DNA of 64,000 nt from an uncultured cyanobacterium (lineage in GTDB: Bacteria; Cyanobacteriota; Cyanobacteriia; Cyanobacteriales; Nostocaceae). Of the stretch, positions 11,152 through 22,045 are shown one piece after another; positions within the stretch are counted from its first letter, which is position 1; each line of letters starts with the position of its first letter. Location: contig CAVUDP010000002.1 of NCBI GenBank assembly GCA_963740315.1, positions 1,600,001-1,664,000 of the forward strand, written 5' to 3'. The notes under the pieces were generated by a model. That model saw nothing but the letters and a program-made list of their open reading frames with translations. It was not told where the DNA came from and did not search any database. The position numbers and the translations under genes are program-made.

Positions 11152-11946
11152 TTAGCGATCGACTTTACTTTCAATTACTTGCTGAACGGATTCTGGTAGT
11201 CTACTTAGAAAGTTATAACCCGTCTTGGCTTCAAGTTCATCGACTGAGACTAAGTATCTTTTCCAATCGTCGCTGGTATTTTGGCGATTGGTGACGTTTA
11301 CAGCGATAACTCTTGTATTTTCAGATATTTCTCTTATACCTTGTCCGGGTTTATCTAAAACCACAATCACTTTCCAGGTAGTTGTAGGTGCGGTAACTTC
11401 TTTTTTTCTACCAATTTTTCGAGAATTACCATCAACGCCAGCAATAATATAAAGTTCTTTACCTTGCCTCACCAAATACCGACAGTATTCTTCTAATTCG
11501 CGCCACGCACCTCGGTTGTTATCCGGAGTTTGCGGGACAATATTGGTCATTAAGAAAGTAGCTAAATTATCTGCTACGCTGGCAGTGCGATCGGCAGAGG
11601 GTACCATATGTCCGCGATCGTAGCCGCTACCAGTGTAATCGCTTGGTTTAATGCGATACCAGTCTGGAGGTAGAGAATCATCGGGACGAAAATCATCTTG
11701 ACGTTCAACATTACCCAACCAACTTTTATTAAGTTGCCAAGCCACCCAGTTTGGTGTACCTCTTTCCCGACTGTATGATAAAGCGTATTGAGGTTTTATC
11801 ATTAAATAATTATTGGGATTTTCCCCTGCATTACTGGGATTACCCATTACTAAATGAGGACTAACTGGTTGTGGTAGCAGTAATTGACAACCAGCAATCA
11901 AGGTGATTAAGAGTACGGGAATAACAAAAACTAGTTTTCGTTTCAC
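11152..11946 (-). CDS. nucA: Sugar-non-specific DNA/RNA endonuclease (NucA type), probable lipoprotein
   Basis: YDRGHMVPSADR and FLMTNIVPQ..NNRGAW; a GTG start at 11946 gives a signal peptide with lipobox LIAG-C (start inferred). Confidence 0.9.
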   Translation of the reverse strand: MKRKLVFVIPVLLITLIAGCQLLLPQPVSPHLVMGNPSNAGENPNNYLMIKPQYALSYSRERGTPNWVAWQLNKSWLGNVERQDDFRPDDSLPPDWYRIKPSDYTGSGYDRGHMVPSADRTASVADNLATFLMTNIVPQTPDNNRGAWRELEEYCRYLVRQGKELYIIAGVDGNSRKIGRKKEVTAPTTTWKVIVVLDKPGQGIREISENTRVIAVNVTNRQNTSDDWKRYLVSVDELEAKTGYNFLSRLPESVQQVIESKVDR

Positions 11947-12140
11947 AATTATTTTCAGAAGTTGCCGTTTAGCAGTATTCCATTGTCTAGCGCCTTTGAA
12001 AAGGGGTGATTTGACTAAATATTTAAATAAGAAACCCGGTTTTTTCAAAAAACCAGGATTATAAATAGTCTAAAATGTTGGGATTGCTTCCTTAAACTAC
12101 ATTTGGGGAACATTGATATTTTTTTGCGTAAGTCCTATAA

Positions 12141-12461
12141 CTAATTATTATTAATTACAGCAAGATGAACTAACATCAACTGCTTGTCATCGTCAAGTGT
12201 TTTCAGCAAAGGACTTTTAATCGCTTTTTTCGCGATCGCAATTTGTGTTTCTAATGGCAAGTTTTCAAAGTCTATTTCTTGAAGACGATGACTATCTTTT
12301 TCCGGACAATGCCATTCGTATTTAACTATAAAATTAGCATACAGCGCCCATTTACTTAAGCTGCCATATTTTAGATGGGTAAGGTCTTTGGTATAAGTTA
12401 CGATCAGTTGCGAGTGCATATTTATATTTAAATTAGATGAATTTCTATTTAGTTTTAACAT
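12141..12461 (-). CDS. Hypothetical protein
   Basis: 106-aa ORF with no recognised motif. Confidence 0.45.
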   Translation of the reverse strand: MLKLNRNSSNLNINMHSQLIVTYTKDLTHLKYGSLSKWALYANFIVKYEWHCPEKDSHRLQEIDFENLPLETQIAIAKKAIKSPLLKTLDDDKQLMLVHLAVINNN

Positions 12462-13200
12462 CTTATTATAGTAGTTGGTAAAAAGTAAGAAATAGAAGGC
12501 AGAAGGAGGAATTTAAACTATTATCTTTGATATTTCCAAGTTTCAGCCTAATTTAACTGAAAAAAGCGTTTCTAACTATTAGTATAAAGAATGAGTTTCA
12601 TTTATGTACTATGAGAGAGCTTAATCATTATATTGTCATGCGAATGTGACAAGAAAGTGATTTTTTGGCAATTTAAAAAATATGTACAGTTCTACTATCT
12701 CTGAAAACAAATTCACTAATAACTTTTACATAGTTTGACAAAAGAATCAGTTTTATTGATGATAACATTCGTCTATTTTTGACTTGAAAAGAGGCTTTAA
12801 CGTAAATATTTAGCCTTTTTCGCTTGTATTCGCTGTTTATCAACAAAGTAACTATCTCATAATTCTAACAAGCACGAATAATGCTTTTATATTTATTGTT
12901 TTATCACCATAACAAATACATATAGGGGAGTGTCAATTGTATTCTAAATTTTGAGTCTTTGCAAAATAATCAATTATGCTTTAAGTCAGTAATATTACTT
13001 AAATTATCAACAATAATTGATTGCCGATCGAGCCGAATAGAGGTTGTTAAAAAGTAATTTATTCTAACTCGTATATATCGGATACAACACTTCTTTTGTG
13101 CAGTAAATTTTAATAAGGTTTTATTTATAATTAAAGAGGTATAAAGATTGTTTTTGAGTTATAACAATTATGTATGACTTTGCAATCTATCCAGTTAGAT

Positions 13201-13587
13201 TTAATTTTCGTAAATTTCTAAGGGTAAATCATTAGGATCTTTAAAAAAAGTAAATCGTTTTCCAGTAATTTCATCAATCCTAATATCTTCTACTGCTACA
13301 CCTTTTGATTTCAAATAGCTAACACTTTCTTCTATATTATCGACTTCAAAAGAAAGATGTCTTAAACCACAAGCTTCTGGATTGCTGGCTCTTTGCGGTG
13401 GATTAGGAAAAGAAAATAGCTCAATTTGGTCGTTTTCTCCGACTCGCAAATCTAATTTGTAAGAGTTTCTCGACTGGCGAAAGGTTTCTTCTACAATCGA
13501 AAAACCTAAAACTTCTGTATAAAACTTTTTGGACAGTTCGTAATCCGAGCAAATAATTGCGATGTGGTGGATTCGATTGACTTTCAT
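13201..13587 (-). CDS. VOC/glyoxalase family protein (YaeR-like)
   Basis: IHHIAIICSDY...GLRHLSFEV...FFKDPNDLPLEIYE; the upstream ORF extension is repeat-derived. Confidence 0.93.
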   Translation of the reverse strand: MKVNRIHHIAIICSDYELSKKFYTEVLGFSIVEETFRQSRNSYKLDLRVGENDQIELFSFPNPPQRASNPEACGLRHLSFEVDNIEESVSYLKSKGVAVEDIRIDEITGKRFTFFKDPNDLPLEIYEN

Positions 13588-13763
13588 TGTCGGTTGGGAA
13601 AGGTATTGAGTATTGAGTGAGGAGTATTGAGTTAGGAGTATTGAGTTAGGAGTAAAGAAGGCGGAGGAAGCCTTCGGTTGCGGAGGAAGCGGAGGAAGCA
13701 ATTTAAAATTAATTTTTCTCCCCATCTCCCCCAACCCCATCTCCCCCTCTTCCCATCACAAAA

Positions 13764-15011
13764 TCAAGTATCTTGCAATGTAGTTTTAGAAACGATTCTG
13801 GTTTTCTTTTTATCGGCTTCTGATAGTTCTTCTCCAGATTGCAAGCGGGTTGCAGAAGTTTGTAAAACTGTTGCTGCACCGCTATCTCCCATTTGCAAAG
13901 CTGTTTTCGCTGCGGTTTGCAACATGGTAGCAGCACCAGCGCGATCGCCTTGTTGTAGTTTGGCTTCTGCAAGCTGGGTTTGCCGATACTTAGCTAATGC
14001 TAGTATGTGGGGCTGAACTTGTGGATTGGCTGTGGGTTGGTATGTTTGAGCTACGTTAATTTCTATGGGAATTGTATCTGAGAGTAATCCCGCCATATTG
14101 CTTGCTGGGTCGTCGTAACGGACTTGCAGTTGAGCTATTGTATGATTACCTTCGGCGAATTGTCCCAAATAGATATTGGCTAAAACTGTTCTTTGACTAT
14201 CTTTCATTAAGTCACCCAAACGCACGGCTAAACGTCCGTCTGCTTCTTGCTGCACTGGTAATTCGATGGTATCGGGGAATACCTGGGCAACAGGTTTAAG
14301 TTCAGCTAACCGAACCTTGGGCATTAACGAAAATAGCAGATAGGCATTGGTTAAACCGACAGTTTGAATGCGGCTGAATAACTGATTAAACTTATCTTCA
14401 GCTTCTTCCGGTTGTGCGATATGGGACAAACTACCACCGCCAGCATCGGCGATTTGTTCGAGAATATCCTGGTTCCAATTATCGCCAAATCCGAGAGAAT
14501 TTAGGGTTAAACTGTAATCTATGGCTAATTGAGCAAACTTTAAACAGCGATTGTTATCGCCATGTTCGTTTTCACCATCAGTTAATAAAAAAGCTTGAGA
14601 AATCGCTTCTTTTTTGCCTTTAGCTAATTCCTCAATACCCAAACGCAAACCTTCATCAATCGAAGTACCACCATCAGCACTGAGACGATTTATTTGCTGT
14701 TTGATACCTTCCCTGTCTTCAATTTCCTGATTGGGAACGAGTACCTTAGCGCGGTGATCGAAAACTACAATACTGAGGCGATCGCCATTTTTGAGTCGAT
14801 CCACAATCCGGTTTGCGGCTTTTTTTACAGTTTCTAGCGGACGACCGTTCATGGAACCGCTATGGTCTAAAATTAAGCATAAATTGAGGGGAACATTGCG
14901 ATCGAGGTTTTCAGTCTTAGCGGTTAAAGAAACTGCCAACTGACGTTGAGAGCTTGATTGATTTACATCTAGATGACTATCATTGAGTTCGGGCAACAAG
15001 CTAACTTTCAT
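13764..15011 (-). CDS. VWA domain protein
   Basis: MIDAS motif LILDHSGSM, GGTSI and LLTDGEN. Confidence 0.93.
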   Translation of the reverse strand: MKVSLLPELNDSHLDVNQSSSQRQLAVSLTAKTENLDRNVPLNLCLILDHSGSMNGRPLETVKKAANRIVDRLKNGDRLSIVVFDHRAKVLVPNQEIEDREGIKQQINRLSADGGTSIDEGLRLGIEELAKGKKEAISQAFLLTDGENEHGDNNRCLKFAQLAIDYSLTLNSLGFGDNWNQDILEQIADAGGGSLSHIAQPEEAEDKFNQLFSRIQTVGLTNAYLLFSLMPKVRLAELKPVAQVFPDTIELPVQQEADGRLAVRLGDLMKDSQRTVLANIYLGQFAEGNHTIAQLQVRYDDPASNMAGLLSDTIPIEINVAQTYQPTANPQVQPHILALAKYRQTQLAEAKLQQGDRAGAATMLQTAAKTALQMGDSGAATVLQTSATRLQSGEELSEADKKKTRIVSKTTLQDT

Positions 15012-15412
15012 ATGGGTTGCGGTTCCTTGCACGGACTATACATTATATATAAATAACTCCAGGATGCAGCACGGTCGCTACGGAAAACTCCCCAAAAGGG
15101 TTCATTATTAAATAATATTCATAATCGGACTTGCTCAAAAATTAAATTAAAAGCAACTATTAAACTTTGTTCAAATTTAATTTTTTCATTAAAATAATTG
15201 TATTTTGTCTCTCTTTATAGTAATAGAGCAGCGAATCATAAATTGTATATTCATTTGATATGCAGACCTTTAACATGCAGACCTTTAACCTGCGGATTTA
15301 CCGATTCCAAACCACAAATAATAAAAAGCGAGAAATCCACACCTCCATAGTCGCTATCCTCGCGTTAGTATGTACTACAGTTAACAGCATGAATTCAGGC
15401 AACAGTTGAAAA

Positions 15413-16102
15413 ATGGAAAATTCCCCCATCAAGGCTGTACAAGCGCCTTATTACGGAGATAACAATTACCGCACACCGCCACCAGATTTACAATCGTTGC
15501 TACTAAAGGAGCGAATTGTCTATCTTGGACTGCCATTAGTATCTGGAGCCTTTTCCCAGCTTGGCGGTCATTCTGTCGCCGACTTAATCGTTGCTCAACT
15601 GTTGTATTTACAGTCGGACGATCCAGAAAAGCCGATTAAAATTTACATCAACTCGACTGGTACCTCTGGTTATGACGGCGATCCAATTGGGTTTGAAACA
15701 GAAGCTTTTGCCGTCTACGATACGATGCGGTATATTAAGCCACCTATTCATACGATTTGCATGGGTTCGGCTATGGGTATGGCAGCACTACTTCTTGCTG
15801 CTGGAACAAAAGGTTGTCGCGCTAGCTTACCAAATGCCTCGATAGTTCTGCACCAGCCCAAAAGCTTTGCTCAAGGGCAAGCCACCGACATCCAAATCCG
15901 GGCAAAAGAAGTTTTGGCAAACAAAGCAACGATGATCGGAATCCTCTCAGAAAGCACCAATCAAGACAAGGCAAAAATTGAGAAGGATATGGATCGTCTC
16001 TTGTACATGACACCCTATCAAGCGGTGGAATACGGTTTAATTGACCGAGTATTTGAGAAAAACGAAGTTGCTAATCCTCCCATTCCTGCTGGCGTTCTTT
16101 AA
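15413..16102 (+). CDS. clpR: Non-catalytic Clp protease subunit ClpR
   Basis: PPPDLQSLLLKERIVYLG; the catalytic Ser motif is replaced (SAMGMA); directly upstream of clpP. Confidence 0.9.
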   Translation: MENSPIKAVQAPYYGDNNYRTPPPDLQSLLLKERIVYLGLPLVSGAFSQLGGHSVADLIVAQLLYLQSDDPEKPIKIYINSTGTSGYDGDPIGFETEAFAVYDTMRYIKPPIHTICMGSAMGMAALLLAAGTKGCRASLPNASIVLHQPKSFAQGQATDIQIRAKEVLANKATMIGILSESTNQDKAKIEKDMDRLLYMTPYQAVEYGLIDRVFEKNEVANPPIPAGVL

Positions 16103-16213
16103 AACAGTTAGGGGTTGGGAGTTAAAAGTTTTGTTTTAAAAAATAACTCTTGATTATTGCTTCTAATTCCTTAACTCGTAATTATAACTATTCAAAAACT
16201 GGAGTTACACAAA

Positions 16214-16810
16214 ATGCCTATAGGAGTTCCTCAAGTTCCTTACCGGATGCCCGGTGGACAGTATACACAGTGGATTGATATCTACAACCGTCTTTTCCTC
16301 GAACGAATAGTATTTTTGAGTTCGGAGGTTAATGATGGAATGGCGAATCAACTTATAGCCCAAATGCTGTATATGGATTCGGAAGATCCAGGTAAAGATA
16401 TACTTTTGTACATCAACTCTCCAGGTGGCTCGGTAACGGCTGGTTTGGCGATTTTCGATACCATGCAGCACATCAAATCGGATGTGGTAACAATTTGTGT
16501 TGGTTTGGCGGCTTCAATGGGTTCTTTCCTATTGGCTGCTGGTGCCAAAGGTAAGCGATTAGCCTTACCTCACTCGCGGATTATGATTCACCAACCTTCG
16601 GGGGGCGCTCGCGGGCAAGCAACCGACATCGAAATCGAAGCAAGAGAAATTCTACGGATTCGTCACCAGCTAAACGGTATTTATGCCGAAAATACTGGTC
16701 AAACAATCGAAAAAATTGAAAAAGACATGGATCGTGACTTTTTCATGTCCGCCGAAGAAGCGAAAGAATATGGTTTGATTGACAAAGTAATTGAAGATCG
16801 ACCAGCTTAG
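16214..16810 (+). CDS. clpP: ATP-dependent Clp protease proteolytic subunit (ClpP3 type)
   Basis: [22 protein letters not shown] and DMDRD. Confidence 0.97.
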   Translation: MPIGVPQVPYRMPGGQYTQWIDIYNRLFLERIVFLSSEVNDGMANQLIAQMLYMDSEDPGKDILLYINSPGGSVTAGLAIFDTMQHIKSDVVTICVGLAASMGSFLLAAGAKGKRLALPHSRIMIHQPSGGARGQATDIEIEAREILRIRHQLNGIYAENTGQTIEKIEKDMDRDFFMSAEEAKEYGLIDKVIEDRPA

Positions 16811-16811
16811 A

Positions 16812-17008
16812 AGAGATGGGGAGATGGGGAGATGGGGAGATGGGGAGATGGGGAGATGGGGAGATGGGGGAGAGGGGGGAGAGGGGGTAGATAATTAATT
16901 ATTATTAACTCCTAACTCCTAACTCCTAACTCCTAACTCCTAACTCCTAACTCCTAACTATTTACCAATGCCCCATGCCCAATGCCCAATGCCCCATCCC
17001 CCATTCCC
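16812..17008 (+). repeat. STRR tracts (GGGGAGAT)n, (TAACTCC)n and (ATGCCCM)n
   Basis: Tandem repeats directly visible. Confidence 0.95.
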
Positions 17009-17157
17009 TGTTAACTTGTGCGTGACGAACTTTAAATTTATTGTTGAGTCTGTATCATTAATAGCTTCAGCAACAAGCTGGAAACATATTATAATCAGTC
17101 ACTTACTTTAATTTAAGGTAAGCTGACAACTGTTAAAAGTGCTTCTGATAGCTCGAA

Positions 17158-17799
17158 ATGGATCTTTTAGATTGCTACCGTTTATTGGGTTTAAGGTCGG
17201 GAGCTTCTTTTCCCGATATAAAATCGTCTTATCGCCGACTCGCACAGCAATATCATCCCGATATTAACCCGGATGATGAAAGAGCTAAGGAAAAGTTTAT
17301 TGCCTTAACTGAGGCATATAAATTGTTGTTGCAAGTTATACCGCCTCAACAGGAAAGTTCGTATCAGAAAGTTTCGCAAGCTTATGAAACCCCGCAAAAG
17401 AATCCGACGCGGGTTACAGAAACACGGCAGCAAAAATCGCATTCCGTGCCGAAGCAAGCCCCACCGTCAAAGCCGAAACCAAAACCGCCTCATGTTGCAG
17501 AAATCGAACGACGGCTAAAGTGGAAGACTTACGAACAGCTACAGCAATTTTTGAAGGAAAGGCGTTTCCCGCAAGCTATTGCGTTAGCAGAAGCTTTGGT
17601 GGAACGTTTACCCCATGATGCTGAGGTGCGGCAGTGGTTAGCTATATCATATCAGCTTTGGGGACGGGCATTAATTGCTGAAAAACAGTTGCTTAAAGCG
17701 AGAATTTATCTCAAAAAGGCTTTGAAGACCAATCCTAAGAATAAATCTTTAATTATTGAGGTGCAGCGCGATTTTAAGAAGTTAGAGCAGGTTTTTTGA
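17158..17799 (+). CDS. J-domain protein with C-terminal TPR-like region
   Basis: CYRLLGL...YHPD J-domain; C-terminal ARIYLKKALKTNP. Confidence 0.92.
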   Translation: MDLLDCYRLLGLRSGASFPDIKSSYRRLAQQYHPDINPDDERAKEKFIALTEAYKLLLQVIPPQQESSYQKVSQAYETPQKNPTRVTETRQQKSHSVPKQAPPSKPKPKPPHVAEIERRLKWKTYEQLQQFLKERRFPQAIALAEALVERLPHDAEVRQWLAISYQLWGRALIAEKQLLKARIYLKKALKTNPKNKSLIIEVQRDFKKLEQVF

Positions 17800-17807
17800 G
17801 GCAACAG

Positions 17808-17887
17808 GGAGTAGGGAGTTAGGAGTTAGGAGTTAGGAGTTAGGAGTTAGGAGTTAGGAGTTAGGAGTTAGGAGTTAGGAGTTAGGA
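17808..17887 (+). repeat. STRR (GAGTTAG)n, about 10 copies
   Basis: Perfect heptamer tandem. Confidence 0.97.
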
Positions 17888-17993
17888 GAGATTTCAAGTT
17901 CTATTCGAGTATTTATATTTGGGTTATCAAATAAATGTATATGGTCTGGTATGATTTGCAATGCGATAATCTGCCAGTCTTTTTGTTTACAAG

Positions 17994-18176
17994 TAGGACT
18001 TACGCAACAGAAGTCTTCTAAATTTATTTCATAGCGTTTCGATCTTCCCTAACCCCTCTTTTTTTAAGGGGGGGAATTGGAATTAAAGTCCTCCAATTTA
18101 GCGGGGGATTTAGGGGGATAGAGCCTATATGTGTGTACACCGTAACCTTCGCAAGGGGGGCTTTGCGTAAGTCCTA
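17994..18176. mobile_element. MITE-like element with 14-bp terminal inverted repeats TAGGACTTACGCAA
   Basis: Perfect TIR at 17994-18007 and 18163-18176; a solo end occurs near 12124-12137. Confidence 0.8.
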
Positions 18177-18883
18177 ATAAGTATCAAATATAATTATCGC
18201 AATCTTAAAACTGTAATGTATTGTCAATGGATTTCTTGGTTCTACGAATTTAAAGCTTAATTGCGGAAAACTTTGACATTTTAGTGCAAATTGTATTGAA
18301 ATTTTGATACTTTAATAATTATCATGTGATTGAAGATTTTTATTTCATTTTTTAAAATAGTTATTTATAAACTGATATCTTATAACTTTTTTGATGAATA
18401 ATTTTCCAGAAATTAATTTAATGGTGCGATCGCAGCTATTGCTATAACGCGCCCTGCAAGATGCTGTTAATAGTCGCTTGACAAAAATAGTCGCTTGAAG
18501 TAACCTTTCGATATACTGAAACTACTCATATTGATTTATATAAAGATGAAGCTGTTTTCAGTGTCTTTTCTAATACCTAAAAAGTCGTTAAAAGCTGACA
18601 TTCGTTTTTTTTAATATTTATTTGTATCTCCCTATTATTAATTGTGAGATAAAATGTTCCCTGGGAATAGTTCGTAATTTTCCTTTATTACTTAGTGCCT
18701 AATTCTGAGTAGTTAATCTATTTAGAATTATTTTCACAATTAAGAAGGAACACTATTTATTTTTTATAGTCTCTAATCTCTAATCATCACTAAAACAGTA
18801 ATTTTAGGGGTTAATAATTATTGTCCAATATCCTGAAACTGAAACTAACTTCGGGTAAGTTAGAAAGCGGTAGTGCTATAACT

Positions 18884-20704
18884 ATGAAAATCTGCCAAAA
18901 TCCTGAGTGTTCTAATCCTTTTAATTCAAACGGCAATCGGTTTTGCGTTGGTTGTGGTGCCGATAATTTTGGCGATTTGTTAAGAAACCGTTACCGTGTC
19001 AAAAGGTTATTAGGTACGGGTGGTTTTGGTAGAACTTATGAAGCGCAAGATTTAGATAGACTTGATGCTGCCTGCGTTGTGAAGCAGTTTATCAGGGAAT
19101 CTCAAGGAACTACAGCCCGTGCAAAAGCAGCGCAATTGTTTCGTCAAGAAGCCAAACGTTTGTTTGATTTGGGAGAAAATCATTCGCAAATTCCCCGCTT
19201 GGTGGCTTATTTTGAACAAGGTACCTGTATGTATTTGGTACAGGAATTTATTGATGGGGATAATTTACACCAACAGTTACAGCGACAAGCTTTTAGCGAA
19301 TCCGAAATTTGGCAAGTTTTAACCGATTTACTTCCGGTTTTGGAATTTATCCATCAACATCAGGTAATTCATCGCGATATTAAACCAGAAAATATTATTC
19401 GTCGGATTGGTGATGGTAAGTTAGTTTTGATTGACTTTGGTGGTGCTAAACGAGTTACGCAAAATAATTTAGCCCAAAAGGGTACGGGAATTTATACCCT
19501 TGGTTATGCTGCTGCCGAACAAATGGCGGGTTATGCTTGTGCGGCTAGCGATTTGTATGCTTTGGGTGCTACTTGCGTGCGGTTGTTAACCGGCTGTTTG
19601 GTGAAACAAGATGATTCTGGAAATCTTTACGACCCAATTTATGACCCAATTAATGGAAAATGGTTGTGGCAAGAATATTTGCTAAGTAATGGTATTGGTA
19701 TAAGCAATAAGCTGACGCGAATCCTGAATAAGTTACTCAAGCATTTTGTGCGGGAAAGGTATCAATCAGCTGCCGATGTACTGTTGGATGTGAAAGATAC
19801 TTTGTATGATGCTATTCCTTTACCGATTCTAAATACGAATTTTGCGTGCTTATCCGAATTAAAAAAAGCTGATTCGCAACACAAGTTTCAATTTGAGACA
19901 ATTACTATAGATAAATATGCGAAAGTTATAAATCGATCGCGCCATCAAGCCTCTTATTTTGTCCAGGAGTTGGATGGTGCAAACCTAGAAATGGTATACC
20001 TTTGCGGCGGTACCTTTATGATGGGTTCCCTAGAGGATAGAGGTTATGATAGCGAACATCCGCAACATTTTGTGACTATCAAGCCTTTTTATATGAGTAA
20101 GTTTGCCATTACTCAGGCTATTTGGTTAAGAGTAGCCAAACTTCCTCAAATTAATCGTTCGTTAAATCCTGAACCATCTTATTTTAAAGGCGATCGCCAC
20201 CCTGTAGAGCAAATAACTTGGGATGAAGCGGTAGAATTTTGCGATCGCTTGTCCAAATATTCCGGAAGACAGTACCGTTTACCCAGCGAAGCAGAATGGG
20301 AATATGCTTGTCGCGGCAACAGTATTACACCTTTTCATTTTGGCGATACTATCACTTCCGATTTGGTAAACCACGACGGTAACTATACCTATTCGTTAGC
20401 ACCCAAAGGAAAATACCGTCAAGGTACAACACCCGTGGGAAACTTTCCTCCCAACGCTTTTGGATTATATGATATGCACGGCAATGTATGGGAATGGTGC
20501 GCCGATTCCTGGCACGATAGTTATTACAACGCTCCATGTGACGGTAGAGTTTGGCACCAAGGTGGAGATGATAATTTGCGAGTCATGCGCGGTGGCTCTT
20601 GGTTTAACGTACCTCGGTTTTGTCGTAGCGCTTTGAGGTATAAAGGTGAATCAAATTTGCGGGATGTTTTTATTGGGTTGAGAGTTGTGAGTGATGTGGT
20701 TTGA
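18884..20704 (+). CDS. Zn-ribbon + Ser/Thr protein kinase + FGE-sulfatase (CLec-fold) domain protein
   Basis: CQNPEC...CVGC, LGTGGFG, HRDIKPEN, DFG, RLPSEAEWEYACR, GLYDMHGNVWEWC and RGGSW. Confidence 0.95.
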   Translation: MKICQNPECSNPFNSNGNRFCVGCGADNFGDLLRNRYRVKRLLGTGGFGRTYEAQDLDRLDAACVVKQFIRESQGTTARAKAAQLFRQEAKRLFDLGENHSQIPRLVAYFEQGTCMYLVQEFIDGDNLHQQLQRQAFSESEIWQVLTDLLPVLEFIHQHQVIHRDIKPENIIRRIGDGKLVLIDFGGAKRVTQNNLAQKGTGIYTLGYAAAEQMAGYACAASDLYALGATCVRLLTGCLVKQDDSGNLYDPIYDPINGKWLWQEYLLSNGIGISNKLTRILNKLLKHFVRERYQSAADVLLDVKDTLYDAIPLPILNTNFACLSELKKADSQHKFQFETITIDKYAKVINRSRHQASYFVQELDGANLEMVYLCGGTFMMGSLEDRGYDSEHPQHFVTIKPFYMSKFAITQAIWLRVAKLPQINRSLNPEPSYFKGDRHPVEQITWDEAVEFCDRLSKYSGRQYRLPSEAEWEYACRGNSITPFHFGDTITSDLVNHDGNYTYSLAPKGKYRQGTTPVGNFPPNAFGLYDMHGNVWEWCADSWHDSYYNAPCDGRVWHQGGDDNLRVMRGGSWFNVPRFCRSALRYKGESNLRDVFIGLRVVSDVV

Positions 20705-20776
20705 GTTTGGGTTGGGATTGGGCGGGCAGGGATGCCCACCCCACAAGAGTTTTAAGGTAAAGTGTATCTTAGGATT

Positions 20777-21790
20777 TTATAAACTTTTAACCTCCGCAAT
20801 TATATTAAGTAATTTTTGCGCTTCGGCTTGTTTACCTTGTTGTTGATACAGTTGAGCAGCTTTTTGAAAATCTGCAATTGTACCTTGCTTATCTTCTAAT
20901 GAAGCACGAGCAACACCTCGGTTATAGTAGGTATCGGCATCGTTAGGATTAATTTGTATAGATGAGTTGTAATCAGCTATCTCTCCTTGATAATCTTTTA
21001 ACTGACCACGAGCAACACCCCGATTGTTATAAGCTTGGGCATTGTTGGGATTAATTTCGATGGCTTTGTTGTAATCAGCTATCTCTCCTTGATAATCTTT
21101 TAACTGACCACGAGCAGCACCCCGATTATTGTAGGCATTGGCATAGTTGGGATTAATTTTTATCGCTTTGTTGTAATCAGTTATTGCCCCTTGATAATCT
21201 TTTAACTGACGACGAGCAATACCCCGGTTGTTGTAGGCTTCGGCTAGTTTGGGACTAATTTGTATAGATGAGTTGTAATCTGCTATTGCTCCTTGATAAT
21301 CTTTTAACTGACGGCGAGCAACACCTCGGTTGTTGTAGGCACTGGCATTGTTAGGATTAATTTGTATGGCTTTAGTGAAATCAGCGATCGCTCCTCGATA
21401 ATCTTTTAATTCATCACGAGCAACACCTCGGTTATAGTAGGTATCGGCATCGTTAGGATTAATTTGTATAGCTTTGTTGTAATCAGCTATCTCTCCTTGA
21501 TAATCTTTTAACTGACCACGAGCAACACCCCGATTGTTATAAGCTTGGGCATTGTTGGGATTAATTTCGATGGCTTTGTTGTAATCAGCTATCTCTCCTT
21601 GATAATCTCCTTGTTCAAAGCGCTTGTTACCACTTTCATAATATTTTGCAGCATCTTGAAGATTTGCTTGAGCTAGCTGTAATTTGGATTCTTGTCTTAA
21701 TTCAATAGTCGAAGGTAAATTTGCATTAGCCTTGGAACTAAAAGCAATTACTCCCAATGCCAACATTGCCGTTATTTTTAATACTTGCAC
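20777..21790 (-). CDS. Secreted TPR-repeat protein (paralogue 1)
   Basis: Signal peptide and regular 34-aa repeats (AYNNRG...GAIADYNKAI.INP). Confidence 0.95.
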   Translation of the reverse strand: MQVLKITAMLALGVIAFSSKANANLPSTIELRQESKLQLAQANLQDAAKYYESGNKRFEQGDYQGEIADYNKAIEINPNNAQAYNNRGVARGQLKDYQGEIADYNKAIQINPNDADTYYNRGVARDELKDYRGAIADFTKAIQINPNNASAYNNRGVARRQLKDYQGAIADYNSSIQISPKLAEAYNNRGIARRQLKDYQGAITDYNKAIKINPNYANAYNNRGAARGQLKDYQGEIADYNKAIEINPNNAQAYNNRGVARGQLKDYQGEIADYNSSIQINPNDADTYYNRGVARASLEDKQGTIADFQKAAQLYQQQGKQAEAQKLLNIIAEVKSL

Positions 21791-22045
21791 CTTGAAGTCC
21801 TAATTAAGATAAATGTTTATTAAAAGCTTTTTTGAAAACAATTTTAACTGACTTTAATTGATTTTTTTATACGCGCTATTACTTAATAATATATAAATTT
21901 ATGTTCGATAATCTTGTAAGAATTAAGCGATATTACGAAGATTCGTTTTGATTATTTTGAATGCATAAAGATAAAAAAATTAAAAAAAACCTCTCCATTT
22001 ACTACAGGAAAGGTTTGAATTAAATAAAAAATGCAAGATGTAAGT

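Noticed and set aside
12462..13200. Long AT-rich intergenic regions (also 18180-18880 and 56490-57240) as ncRNA loci
   Set aside because: No recognisable RNA motif or convincing structure by eye; cannot be supported without a covariance search.
13588..13740. N-terminal extension of the VOC protein
   Set aside because: It is made of STRR sequence; family similarity begins at Met 13587.
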